Shown: positions 38,898-48,236 of the stretch, one piece after another
Numbering within the stretch: position 1 is the stretch's first letter
How the letters are laid out: each line of letters opens with the position of its first letter
Origin: Candidatus Methylarchaceae archaeon HK01M
GTDB lineage: Archaea > Thermoproteota > Nitrososphaeria > Nitrososphaerales > JACAEJ01
Length of the DNA stretch: 57,972 nucleotides
Direction of reading: 5' to 3'
Assembly: GCA_024256245.1 (NCBI GenBank)
Contig: JAKLZD010000035.1
Coordinates: 1-57,972, forward strand
Position numbers and translations under genes: made by a program
The notes under the pieces: model-generated
Seen by the model: only the letters and a program-made list of their open reading frames with translations
Database searches by the model: none
Told to the model about the DNA's origin: nothing

Positions 38898-40028
38898 ATG
38901 AAAATACTGATTCTTGTTGGATATACTTATCCTGTGGTGGGAGGAACAGAGCTAGCAAGCTTTAATATAGCCAAACATTTGGCCCAACATGGTCATGAAG
39001 TTACACTTGTAGCAAGATATTCAGCAGGCTTCAGATCAGGCATCATTACTCAAATAGGAGAGATGAAACCGTATGAAGAACTTTACGATGGCAAGCTGAA
39101 AATCCATCGAGTTAAGATAATGCCGACAATGGGAGGACGTTTCTTAAGCCAAACTTTGAGGGCATTTTTACTCTCTTGGCACAAGCCCCCTGAAGTTGTT
39201 CTCGGTTTCACATTGATGCCAACCTGCTTTTCCGCTATAATTGTTAAATATCTCTTGATGATAGCACGGCTAAGAAGAGTCCCAGTTATAGCATGGGGAC
39301 GCGGCAGTGACGTTTTTGTCACTCCATCAAGAAAAGGTTTGATAGGTTTCCTCATAAGAAATTTATTAAAGTTCGTTTTTCAAGCTGATTTAATTTTAGC
39401 TCAAACTCCCGCCATGCTTGAAACTCTTGTTAAGATGGGTTGCAAAAAAGGGAAGATAAAAATCCTTGGCAACGGTATCGACTTGTCAAGTTATAGTGAG
39501 TTCCGAACGAAATTAAATAACAAGACTGTAATCTATGTAGGAGGTGCACGTCCAGCAAAAGGACTACTATATCTTATTTCAGCAGTGAATAAAATCAAAA
39601 ACGTCAATTTGGTTGTTGTAGGTGGATGGGGGGAGCAAGAATACGCTGCCAGAGCGTTAGCTGAATCTAACACTAAATTTATCGAGACAGTGCCGAACGA
39701 TTCTATACCATGCTTTCTTAAAGAAGCGTCATGCTTTATTTTGCCCAGCATTTCAGAGGGCTTTTCAAACTCTCTACTTGAAGCAATGGCGGTTGGTCTA
39801 CCTGTAATTGCCACGAATGTTGGAGGAAATCCTTACGTGCTTGGTGATGCTGGCATACTCGTTTCTCCAAAAGATGATGAGGCATTACGCAAAGCTATAG
39901 TCAAGCTATTTGGAGATCGTAAATTGTTGGAAGAATTTAGCAAACATTCATTGGAGCGTGTTAAATTGTTCAGTTGGGATGCCATTATAGATCGACTTGA
40001 AAACATCATGCAAGAAGTTAAGAAATGA
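38898..40028 (+). CDS. GT4-family (GT-B) glycosyltransferase
   Basis: 376 aa with PSISEGFSNSLLEAMAVGLPVIATNVGG (the EX7E region). Confidence 0.8.
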   Translation: MKILILVGYTYPVVGGTELASFNIAKHLAQHGHEVTLVARYSAGFRSGIITQIGEMKPYEELYDGKLKIHRVKIMPTMGGRFLSQTLRAFLLSWHKPPEVVLGFTLMPTCFSAIIVKYLLMIARLRRVPVIAWGRGSDVFVTPSRKGLIGFLIRNLLKFVFQADLILAQTPAMLETLVKMGCKKGKIKILGNGIDLSSYSEFRTKLNNKTVIYVGGARPAKGLLYLISAVNKIKNVNLVVVGGWGEQEYAARALAESNTKFIETVPNDSIPCFLKEASCFILPSISEGFSNSLLEAMAVGLPVIATNVGGNPYVLGDAGILVSPKDDEALRKAIVKLFGDRKLLEEFSKHSLERVKLFSWDAIIDRLENIMQEVKK

Positions 40029-40429
40029 GAGTCTTATTTCATAAATTTTTTGGAATTGACAACTGGACAGAGCAAAAGTATCATATAAAACTTTCAAAGG
40101 AATCCTCTCAAGGACTTCCTTAATCAACTCAAAATATTCTGATGTTAACCAACCCTTTCCAAGAATCTCTTCTATACATATCTCTCTTACATCTACCTTA
40201 CTTAGCTCTTTGCTCTTATCACGCTTTTCTTTCAACCATCGACCCCCTTCTTCTTTGACTCTCGCCACTCAGGTATAATAACTACCCTTATCAATTCTTG
40301 AAGGCTTATCCCTCTCTCATATCCTAGCACCACTATTGATACAAGCGATAACGTCACAAAGCAAGCGTTGTAGAAGAAACAAACATTTTTATGCGCCTGT
40401 AAGCTATCCGAGACATTCCGACGTTAACA

Positions 40430-41764
40430 ATGTCCCTTACCCTAAAAAAAAGGCTTGTCTCACTAGATGCCTTAAGAGGGCTGGCGATAGTGATTGTTGC
40501 CATCTCGTACTTCGCTGGACATCTTCCCGAGTTCATTCCTAGTCTCAAGCACACTGAATGGAATGGATTGACTTTCCTCGACCTGTGGTTTCCCTTCTTC
40601 GTGTTCGTAGCTGGAGCCGCCGTATCCTTATCCATACCCAAGAAGCTAGAAGCTGGGTATTCAAGAAGAAGAGTTATGGTGAGAGCAGTCAGGAGGGCTG
40701 CGTTCCTCTTCGCCCTAGGGCTCCTTCTTAACGCTCTCCCACTCTCCTACTTCGATCCTACAACATTCAGGATCATGGGTGTACTCCAGAGGATAGCCCT
40801 CGCGACCCTCTTTACCTCAGCTGCGTTCCTGGCGTCTGGTCCAAGACGTACCATGACATGGGCCGTCGTCCTACTTCTGGTGTGGTGGGTGCTTATGCAA
40901 ATAGGGGGCGGATCATACGACAAGACATCCAACTTCGCTTCTTACGTGGACCGAATCGTTCTAGATGGTCACGTCTACGCATACACGAAGGATTGGGGCG
41001 ACCCAGAGGGTATAGTGGGCACGTTGACAGCCACCTCTACCGCTCTATTTGGCGCTGCAGCCGGATGGACCTTAAGAACAGAGGGAGGCAGGGCGGTCCC
41101 CAGACTGGTGGCCGTTGGCTTAGCAGGGTTGGTCTTGGGATGGCTTCTAAACCCAGTTGTTCCCATCAACAAGAACCTCTGGACAGCTACCTTCGCCGTA
41201 CTAACGGCTGGTTTATCCGCTCTGCTCCTTGGCTTTTTCCATGCAGTTTGTCTAAAGGGATTTGGTGGATTGTTCGGTCCGCTAGCCGTTCTTGGCCGCA
41301 ACTCACTGGCCTCCTATGTCATGATAATAGTACTCTCAGCTGTGTACTGGGGTATTCGAATATTGGGACCCAACGGCCCTGTCCCCATTTACCTCTTTAT
41401 CGTCGATGTTATGTTGGGGCCTCTCAGCCCGTTCTGGAGCTCCCTAGTCTTCGCCGCAGTCCACATCTTACTGGTTTACTCGGTGGCTAGAATCCTATCG
41501 TGGATATCTTCATTAAGGCTTCGTAGTGGTAGGAGGATACTGATAAGAAGGCTGGCGAATAAATGGCTTGAACAAGAAGTTATCCTTGATCCCAATTCTC
41601 CAATTTCTAACTCTTCCATGTCTGTCCCTTCTTTTTCAACATCTAGTGCGCAAGCTGTTGCTCTAAGTGCTGATCAAACATATGTATTAGACCAAACCGT
41701 AAAATCTGTTCAATATAAACCTAGGAGCCCTCCCGGCAAGCCTCCAAAAAATGGCGGGATATAA
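40430..41764 (+). CDS. Acyltransferase-like membrane protein (DUF1624/DUF5009, heparan-alpha-glucosaminide N-acetyltransferase-like); GC-rich core with a low-GC C-terminal tail
   Basis: 444 aa. The N-terminus RLVSLDALRGLAIVIVAI is typical of the family, and there are about 10 TM segments. The 60-nt block 41041-41100 has 38/60 G+C, in a window averaging roughly 40%. Confidence 0.6.
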   Translation: MSLTLKKRLVSLDALRGLAIVIVAISYFAGHLPEFIPSLKHTEWNGLTFLDLWFPFFVFVAGAAVSLSIPKKLEAGYSRRRVMVRAVRRAAFLFALGLLLNALPLSYFDPTTFRIMGVLQRIALATLFTSAAFLASGPRRTMTWAVVLLLVWWVLMQIGGGSYDKTSNFASYVDRIVLDGHVYAYTKDWGDPEGIVGTLTATSTALFGAAAGWTLRTEGGRAVPRLVAVGLAGLVLGWLLNPVVPINKNLWTATFAVLTAGLSALLLGFFHAVCLKGFGGLFGPLAVLGRNSLASYVMIIVLSAVYWGIRILGPNGPVPIYLFIVDVMLGPLSPFWSSLVFAAVHILLVYSVARILSWISSLRLRSGRRILIRRLANKWLEQEVILDPNSPISNSSMSVPSFSTSSAQAVALSADQTYVLDQTVKSVQYKPRSPPGKPPKNGGI

Positions 41765-41806
41765 TACGAATTATTCATTGAGATAGATTATATAGAAGGG
41801 CATAAG

Positions 41807-41859
41807 CTTCCTTCGCTTGTCCCTGTTCGAAGGTTCAGTATTATCGGAACCGATACTGC
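41807..41859. repeat. Imperfect direct repeat, unit 1 (53 bp)
   Basis: cttccttcgcttgtccctgttcgaaggttcagtattatcggaaccgatactgc matches unit 2 at 40/53 positions. The period is 78 bp. Confidence 0.6.
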
Positions 41860-41884
41860 TTAAGATTTTGTCGGCATCTGTCAA

Positions 41885-41937
41885 CTTCCTTCTCTTGTCT
41901 CCGTTCGTAGTGTCGGGATTATCGTTTCCGATATTAC
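41885..41937. repeat. Imperfect direct repeat, unit 2 (53 bp)
   Basis: cttccttctcttgtctccgttcgtagtgtcgggattatcgtttccgatattac. Confidence 0.6.
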
Positions 41938-42075
41938 CGTCAAATTAGTACCCATACTAATTTTGGCCTAAAGCGATTTATCTAATGAAATTACTGTTAC
42001 GCGTGATCTTGGCTTCCACTTCCGGGGCACTCTCACCATTCACGCGTAAAATCCACGCCGGCGTGGATTTGGACT

Positions 42076-42288
42076 TTATGGGAAGCTGAACATCGACTGG
42101 GCGTTCGCCAGGAGCAGGAAGACGAGAATGACCAGCATGAGCTTGCTCACCGTCGACCCTATCTTCATCAGCGCGAATATTATGAGGACGATCATGAGGA
42201 GGTTGACGAAGTATATCGGCACCTCCAGGCCGAAGGCGCCCAGCACCCAAACGATGAGCTGGGCCATGATCTCGCCGATGCCCTTCAC
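42076..42288 (-). CDS. Small hydrophobic protein inside a ~375-bp GC-rich block; possibly the C-terminal fragment of a foreign gene
   Basis: 70 aa with 2-3 TM segments (IVWVLGAFGL..., LLMIVLIIFALM..., LMLVILVFLLLA). The frame is open a further 16 codons upstream with no better start. Local G+C is about 55-60%. Confidence 0.35.
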   Translation of the reverse strand: MKGIGEIMAQLIVWVLGAFGLEVPIYFVNLLMIVLIIFALMKIGSTVSKLMLVILVFLLLANAQSMFSFP

Positions 42289-42945
42289 GTGCCCTATCAG
42301 TTGGAGTATGGCTTCGGCCAGTTGAAGAATACCTTACCACGATGCCGAAACGGATGAGCATAGAAGATCAGCGTAAAAGAGACTTCTTGAGGACCGCTGA
42401 ACTGTTAGGGTTCAAGGATAAAGAGCTAGAGCTGATCCGCCAGATGGTAAAACTTCAGGCGTGAGGTTGGCCCTCGTTCCAACCCTGGACGATCTTAACG
42501 CTCAGGAATTAAGACAAGAGATATATCACGAAAGGAACAGGAGCTCAAAGCCAATCGGTGTCTTCTAACTTTATGTCATTAAAATGAGACATAAATTTCA
42601 CTTAATCTAACTGAGAATTTTGTAATATTAATTCCACAAATTCTTCATTAGTATAGTTTCTGTATGCATCTTTCATCTGTGGTTCGTTTAGGAGGTGAGG
42701 TTGGAAGAACATCTCCTTCATCTTAAGGTTGCGAGTAGATCGATGAGTTTGGAATAGGTTGTTTCTTTCTTCAATAAGTGATGAAATACATTTAAAGCCA
42801 GAACTACATTGAAGTATAAAAATGCTCAGCCCAAAACAATACCCTTAGAAAAGCTGAGATCGCAAAGCAGTAAATAAGATTCGAAAATTTTGATAACCTA
42901 GATAAACGTTCTTAGGTTAGTTAATGAAACTAAAGGGGGGTTAAG

Positions 42946-44136
42946 ATGAAAATCTTAGCTTTAATCCCTTCATTCTACGGATGGATAGGAAGTGCAGTTA
43001 ATGAGAGGCAACTAATAATTGCTCTCTCGAGAAAGGTCGATAGATGTTATGTAATAACATTTCCAAGCATACGAGACACATTACGCTTAAAGTATATAAA
43101 AAAGGCATACTCATTACCAAAAAACGTTGTAACTTTTGAATTTCCAATACCTCACCGCTACTTAATAACAATCTTTGCGAGAATAATAGCTTCTTGTTTA
43201 TTAAGCGTTATTGGATCAATTTTATTTTTACATAAAAAGGTCGATTTAATATATATTCGAGACTCCTCGCTGGCACTTGGCTTTTTATTATCTGCCCCTC
43301 TAAGGCACATTACAGTGGTGAAGATTGCTGCTTTACAAGAGGATGAGCTTTTGGGAAGTAAACTCTCAAAAGTCGCAGGACACATGATCTTTCTTGTCAC
43401 ATTCTTGCTGGACAGATTGGCAATATTACGTAGCGACCATGTAGCTACAATGAGCTCTGAAGAATCACTACTTATTGAAACAAGGAGGTATGTTAAGCCC
43501 AGAAAGCCATGGTTGATAATACCTCCAGGAGTGAACTTGGAATCCATAGGAAACCTTGGAGAGCGAGAGGAATATCGCAAGAAGGATAAAACATGGATAG
43601 GCTTTCTTGGAAGTTTGGAGTGGTGGCAAGGTGTTGACATAATGGTCCGAGCTATGGGTATAATTAAGAGTAAATCAAAGAACGTCAAGCTTTTAATAGT
43701 TGGTGATGGCTCCCGGAGAAGTGAAATAGAGAAATTATGTAGCAAGTTGAATATTGATTATGAAATAACGGGATTCGTACCTCATGATGAGGCCCTAAGG
43801 TATTTGATGAGCTTCGACGTGATGGTCGTACCTAGCTTAAAAATCTCAACCACAGAGAGCATTATACCTATAAAAATTATTGAAGCTTGGGCATTAAGTA
43901 TCCCAGTCGTAGCGACAAGGCGCAAGATATTCATAGACAAGTATAAGGATGGTGAGGAATTAGTGCTCTGTGAACCAGATCCCCACAGTATAGCCGAAGC
44001 AATTCTCAAAGTTTTGACTAATGATGCTTTGAGAACTAAACTTAAACAAAAGGGTCCAGAGCTAGCCAGAGAGTACGACTATAATAAAATAGTGGAAAGT
44101 ATTATTGATGTTGTTGCTAAGCAAGATTCACATTGA
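42946..44136 (+). CDS. GT4-family glycosyltransferase
   Basis: 396 aa with WIGFLGSLEWWQGVD, LLIVGDG and STTESIIPIKIIEAWALSIPVVAT. Confidence 0.7.
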   Translation: MKILALIPSFYGWIGSAVNERQLIIALSRKVDRCYVITFPSIRDTLRLKYIKKAYSLPKNVVTFEFPIPHRYLITIFARIIASCLLSVIGSILFLHKKVDLIYIRDSSLALGFLLSAPLRHITVVKIAALQEDELLGSKLSKVAGHMIFLVTFLLDRLAILRSDHVATMSSEESLLIETRRYVKPRKPWLIIPPGVNLESIGNLGEREEYRKKDKTWIGFLGSLEWWQGVDIMVRAMGIIKSKSKNVKLLIVGDGSRRSEIEKLCSKLNIDYEITGFVPHDEALRYLMSFDVMVVPSLKISTTESIIPIKIIEAWALSIPVVATRRKIFIDKYKDGEELVLCEPDPHSIAEAILKVLTNDALRTKLKQKGPELAREYDYNKIVESIIDVVAKQDSH

Positions 44137-44602
44137 TAGAACTCATCGAATCAAAATACATATAGGGACTGATAAAGCACAACCCCGCTCTAATTCGCCG
44201 AGGAATCTATACTTTAATCGTAGGCGCACCGAATCATTCCCCTCTAAGTCTCAATAGTCATTTCCCTTACCGTTTGTCTACGGAGATAGGACTTCTGGGG
44301 AGGTTGTTATATCTTGTTAGTTCTGCAAGATAGCGTGTATATCCTTTAGTAAATATAGCAATCAAAATGTGGATGAGAAGATTATTTTGATTATGGAAGT
44401 TTAATCATAAGAAAGGTTTCTACGATTTTTATCGAACTCACAAAGATGGTTCGAGCCGAGACATAATATTAGCTTCATTTTTGCTGGCTTAAGCTGAATC
44501 TCGAGTAAATACGTCTGATGCTATAGGTTGCCTCAACTTTTACAAATGGATGTTATCATCCTTCACTTGAAATTCCTAAATATTTCGCAAGAAGTTTTAT
44601 TT

Positions 44603-45874
44603 TCAACTATTATGCTCTTCCAACACATTCATGTTGTCGGTAAGCAGAGATTCGTATATCTTCACTAACCGCTGATTCAATTTTTTAATATTATATTCTT
44701 TCTCAACATATTTCCTTCCACATCTTCCCATTTCTACCCATCTCTCTGGATGCTCAACAAGGTATTCTAGTTTTTCTGCCAGAGTATCTACATCGTTTTC
44801 AGAAACAAGAAAACCAGATTTTCCATTAATTGTTACTTGGGAAATGCTTCCTACGGAAATAGCCACTACAGGAAGACCTACTGCTTGGGCTTCCATTAAG
44901 ACTACTGGAAGTGCCTCAGCAATACTAGGAAGAAGAAATATATGGGCTTGTTGCATATTTTTTATCACCCCTTCTTGTTCTATCGGTCCAAGGAAGTGTA
45001 CAACTTCATCTAAATTCAACTCTTCAACCAATTTTCTTAGCTGCCTTTCCAATCGACCTCCACCGATAATACGATACTCCAATTGTAGTTGAGGCCTCTT
45101 TTTTAGCAATTTACTAATAGCTTGAATTCCATATTGGACTCCCTTCTTTTCAACTAAGCGTGAGACAGTAAGTATTATAATGGTGTTTGGACGCTCAACA
45201 ATGGCAGATTGCCACCGGTAGGAAAACTTGTTGACATCGATTCCAACAGGGTGAAAAATAATTTTTTGGGGATCAACTCCAAATTGGATGAGATTTTTGT
45301 AGTTATAATTCGAAATAGCAAAGAAGCAATCTCCAAATTTAAAAAGTTCACTATAAATACCTCTCCCTTTTTCCATTCCAAGCCGAATATCATAACCATG
45401 AAACATTGTCACGAGCTTACCTTTAAAACCCATTTTTTTCAGATACGCACCTAAATTACCATTAGGGCCAAAGTGACAGTAGATTATATCAAAATCTTTA
45501 TCTAAGAAAGGAATGATGAGATACAAAAGCCTTAAAGATAAAGCAAGTTTTCCATATTTGAATATATTTATTGATTTTAATATTTTGAGCGAACTTTTAT
45601 GAAAATTTTTGATCATCAAATACATTACCTTTGATATACGCTCAATCTTATTAGGAGGTATATCGAAATAATGGACCCTCTCCATAAGTTTATATCTTTT
45701 AACATCAGAATGTACTTTCTTTTCATTAGGATTAGATTGAGCAAATATCTCAACGTCATGTTCCATATCTAAAAGACCCGTAATTTGATTCAGAATAAAT
45801 GTCTCTGATAATATTGGAAATCCGCTAACAATAAACGCTATTTTTATTTTGATCACCTCATCCTTACTATTCAA
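44603..45874 (-). CDS. GT4-family glycosyltransferase (WcaL-like)
   Basis: 423 aa with IAFIVSGFPILSETFILNQI at the N-terminus and PSIAEALPVVLMEAQAVGLPVVA. Confidence 0.75.
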   Translation of the reverse strand: MNSKDEVIKIKIAFIVSGFPILSETFILNQITGLLDMEHDVEIFAQSNPNEKKVHSDVKRYKLMERVHYFDIPPNKIERISKVMYLMIKNFHKSSLKILKSINIFKYGKLALSLRLLYLIIPFLDKDFDIIYCHFGPNGNLGAYLKKMGFKGKLVTMFHGYDIRLGMEKGRGIYSELFKFGDCFFAISNYNYKNLIQFGVDPQKIIFHPVGIDVNKFSYRWQSAIVERPNTIIILTVSRLVEKKGVQYGIQAISKLLKKRPQLQLEYRIIGGGRLERQLRKLVEELNLDEVVHFLGPIEQEGVIKNMQQAHIFLLPSIAEALPVVLMEAQAVGLPVVAISVGSISQVTINGKSGFLVSENDVDTLAEKLEYLVEHPERWVEMGRCGRKYVEKEYNIKKLNQRLVKIYESLLTDNMNVLEEHNS

Positions 45875-46025
45875 AAGGTATTACGTGGACAGTAATGAGG
45901 CTTTTTCGGTCTGTATTCCATGTATTTAGGATGGGATTTGTTATATATTACGTTGTTGTACATAATCTTACCAAAAAATGCTTCAGGTAACAAACGACGT
46001 CAGAAATTAAAATAGACGTAGCGCG

Positions 46026-47162
46026 TTACCTTAATAGGTTCTTTAACATTACTTGTATCTTGCGAATAAACCTGTAACTATACTTGTGCGCTACATGACG
46101 CATTCTTGCTTGTGAACTAACAAAATATTCTAACTTCTTAAATATTATCAATATGATTATTTTTATTTTCAACCGAATATTCCCCTTAATGTATCTATAT
46201 ACACATCGGGCGGAATTTAGCATACTTACTTTAAAGCTCGAAATGCAAATATAATCAATTAATTTATTTCCCACTACTTTTCTGATATTGTCTTTATTCA
46301 GGCTGGATGGAGCATCGTTTATTATACTTTCGTTTATCTTATTAATTAACTTGATTGAATGCAACAATTCATCTTCGGTAAGGATACTCAAATAATGTAA
46401 ATTACCATGGATAAAACATATTACTTTCTTATCTATTTTCTCATGTGTTAAACGCTCTAAATTATTTCTGACAACACTATTTACCGTTTCTATCTGGCTA
46501 CTTCTCTTTTTAGAAGTTATCGACTTCTTGGTCCTTCTCCATTTTACTAACGACTTTGGGATTTGATAAATTTTTGCTATCTTTGAAATTCTATTCCAGA
46601 GTTCGTAATCCGAAGCTACACTTATGTTTTCATTGTAACCTCCGTTATTTATTATTAAATCTCTTCTAAATAATATTGAGGAGTGAGTTAAACAATTCCT
46701 AAAATTTAAGATGTAATAAATATCTTCAGAGGATAAACTATGTTTCCGATAATCTATTGTATTGCCTTTATCATCAATAACATCGTTCCAACTCCCTACA
46801 ATTCCAACATCCGGATTCTTCTTCATATATTCATATTGCACTTCTAACCGTCTCGAATAGGATATATCATCAGCATCCATCCGGGCAACATACTCACTCC
46901 TTGCAATTTTTAACCCTTTATTTAACGATTTAGTTAAACCCATATTCTTCTCGTTAGTGATTATTTTGATTCTGGAATCGTGGTAACTTCGAAGAATCTC
47001 CACTGTTCTATCAGTGGAACCGTCATTGATGATCAAGAACTCAAAATCCTTAAAAGTTTGATTTAAGATACTATCGATTGCCTCACGAAGATATTTCTCA
47101 CCATTATAAACAGACATTAGAATAGTAATCTTAGGGCTTTTCATATTTATACCATTGGACAA
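46026..47162 (-). CDS. GT2-family (GT-A) glycosyltransferase
   Basis: ITILMSVYNGEKYLREAIDSILNQTFKDFEFLIINDGSTD and ARMDADD (DxD). The start is probably the ATG at 47144. Confidence 0.85.
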   Translation of the reverse strand: MSNGINMKSPKITILMSVYNGEKYLREAIDSILNQTFKDFEFLIINDGSTDRTVEILRSYHDSRIKIITNEKNMGLTKSLNKGLKIARSEYVARMDADDISYSRRLEVQYEYMKKNPDVGIVGSWNDVIDDKGNTIDYRKHSLSSEDIYYILNFRNCLTHSSILFRRDLIINNGGYNENISVASDYELWNRISKIAKIYQIPKSLVKWRRTKKSITSKKRSSQIETVNSVVRNNLERLTHEKIDKKVICFIHGNLHYLSILTEDELLHSIKLINKINESIINDAPSSLNKDNIRKVVGNKLIDYICISSFKVSMLNSARCVYRYIKGNIRLKIKIIILIIFKKLEYFVSSQARMRHVAHKYSYRFIRKIQVMLKNLLR

Positions 47163-48078
47163 ATCTCTCTATTCCCTTTTCTATCTTCACCTTAGGATGG
47201 TAATTTAACAATCTTCTTGATTTACTGATATCGGCGTAAGTAGTAAAGGGGTCGCTAAGTTGCTCAGGAAGGTACCTTATCTTGGCCGATCTGCTTAAGT
47301 ATTTCTCAATTAGGGAAACTAGGTGAGAGAGATTTATCGGTTCAGAATTGCCAAGATTAAAGATTTGGAAATAGAAATCCCCATTTAAAACAGACATGAT
47401 TCCTCCAATGATGTCAGAGATATAGGTATAATCCCTCTTACTTTTACCATCACCGTATAGGCAGATTTCTTTGCCTTCTTCGATAAGTTTAGTAAATTTA
47501 TGAATAGCCATATCCGGTCTCTGTCTTGGACCGTAAACAGTAAAAAAACGGAGGATAGTAATTGGAAGATGATGTAGATGGTTGTATGCAGAACAGAGAA
47601 GTTCACCTGCTCTTTTACTAACACCATAAGGAGAAATAGGTTTCAGCTCTCCTTCCTCTGAAGATGGGATCTCCTTTGTAGCTCCGTAAACAGATGATGA
47701 GGAACCGAAGATAAAATTTTTTATCAGGTACTCTTTACTCAACTCTAGAAGGTTTAAAGTCCCATTCACATTTACATCCATATATAAAGAAGGCTCCTTT
47801 AGGGATGATCTTACCCCTGTCTGGGCAGCGAGGTGAATTACTTTATGAAACTCAAACCTTTCAAACACTCTTTTTAGAGCATCTTTATCCCTGATGTCTG
47901 CTTCTACTAATTTAAAATTACTTTTTTTTAAGAAAGGTTTAACGTTATTTCTTTTTATTTCTGGACTATAATAATCATTGAAATTGTCTAAACATGTTAT
48001 TTCATAGCCTTCTTTTAACGACCTTTCTATTAAATGACTCCCGATGAATCCCGCTCCTCCAGTTACTAATATCTTCAT
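47131..48078 (-). CDS. NAD-dependent epimerase, UDP-glucuronate 4-epimerase-like
   Basis: MKILVTGGAGFIGSHL, DNFNDYYSPEIKRNN and YGVSKRAGE (YxxxK). The track ORF extends to an upstream alternative start at 48105. Confidence 0.7.
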   Translation of the reverse strand: MKILVTGGAGFIGSHLIERSLKEGYEITCLDNFNDYYSPEIKRNNVKPFLKKSNFKLVEADIRDKDALKRVFERFEFHKVIHLAAQTGVRSSLKEPSLYMDVNVNGTLNLLELSKEYLIKNFIFGSSSSVYGATKEIPSSEEGELKPISPYGVSKRAGELLCSAYNHLHHLPITILRFFTVYGPRQRPDMAIHKFTKLIEEGKEICLYGDGKSKRDYTYISDIIGGIMSVLNGDFYFQIFNLGNSEPINLSHLVSLIEKYLSRSAKIRYLPEQLSDPFTTYADISKSRRLLNYHPKVKIEKGIERFVQWYKYEKP

Positions 48079-48236
48079 CTCTTCCCTTCTTATGAATATA
48101 ATCATTGATGCTTTTAAAACATGCTTTACTCGCCTTCTTTTAACATAAAGGAGCAGATGAATCTGTGGATTAATTACAATAATCTTGCAGAATCAAAATT
48201 CAGATGTATCAGAAGGATTAGTCTGTTGCACGCATT

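Noticed and set aside
39948-40268. 106-aa ORF as an intact gene
   Set aside because: It overlaps the GT4 3' end by 81 nt, no family was recognised, and the frame is broken immediately upstream. It is treated as a possible remnant and listed under findings.
40858-41490. 210-aa plus-strand and 108-aa minus-strand ORFs inside the acyltransferase gene
   Set aside because: These are Arg/Pro/Gly-rich alternative-frame products, typical of GC-rich coding DNA. The TM-rich frame (40430-41764) has the family signature.
41807-41937. Possible CRISPR array
   Set aside because: There are only two repeat units at about 75% identity. There is no regular repeat-spacer pattern and no cas genes anywhere in the window.
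41978-42361. 127-aa minus-strand ORF spanning the second GC-rich block
   Set aside because: It is Arg/His/Pro-rich alternative-frame sequence. The overlapping hydrophobic frame (42076-42288) is more protein-like, although that frame is itself uncertain.
44137-44602. 466-bp gap between convergent GT4 genes as a hidden gene or ncRNA
   Set aside because: The frames I translated by eye were short and stop-ridden. Only a 7-bp hairpin (tatcttg...caagata at about 44309-44331) was seen, and no tRNA-like or known RNA motif. It may be decayed sequence, but nothing can be supported.
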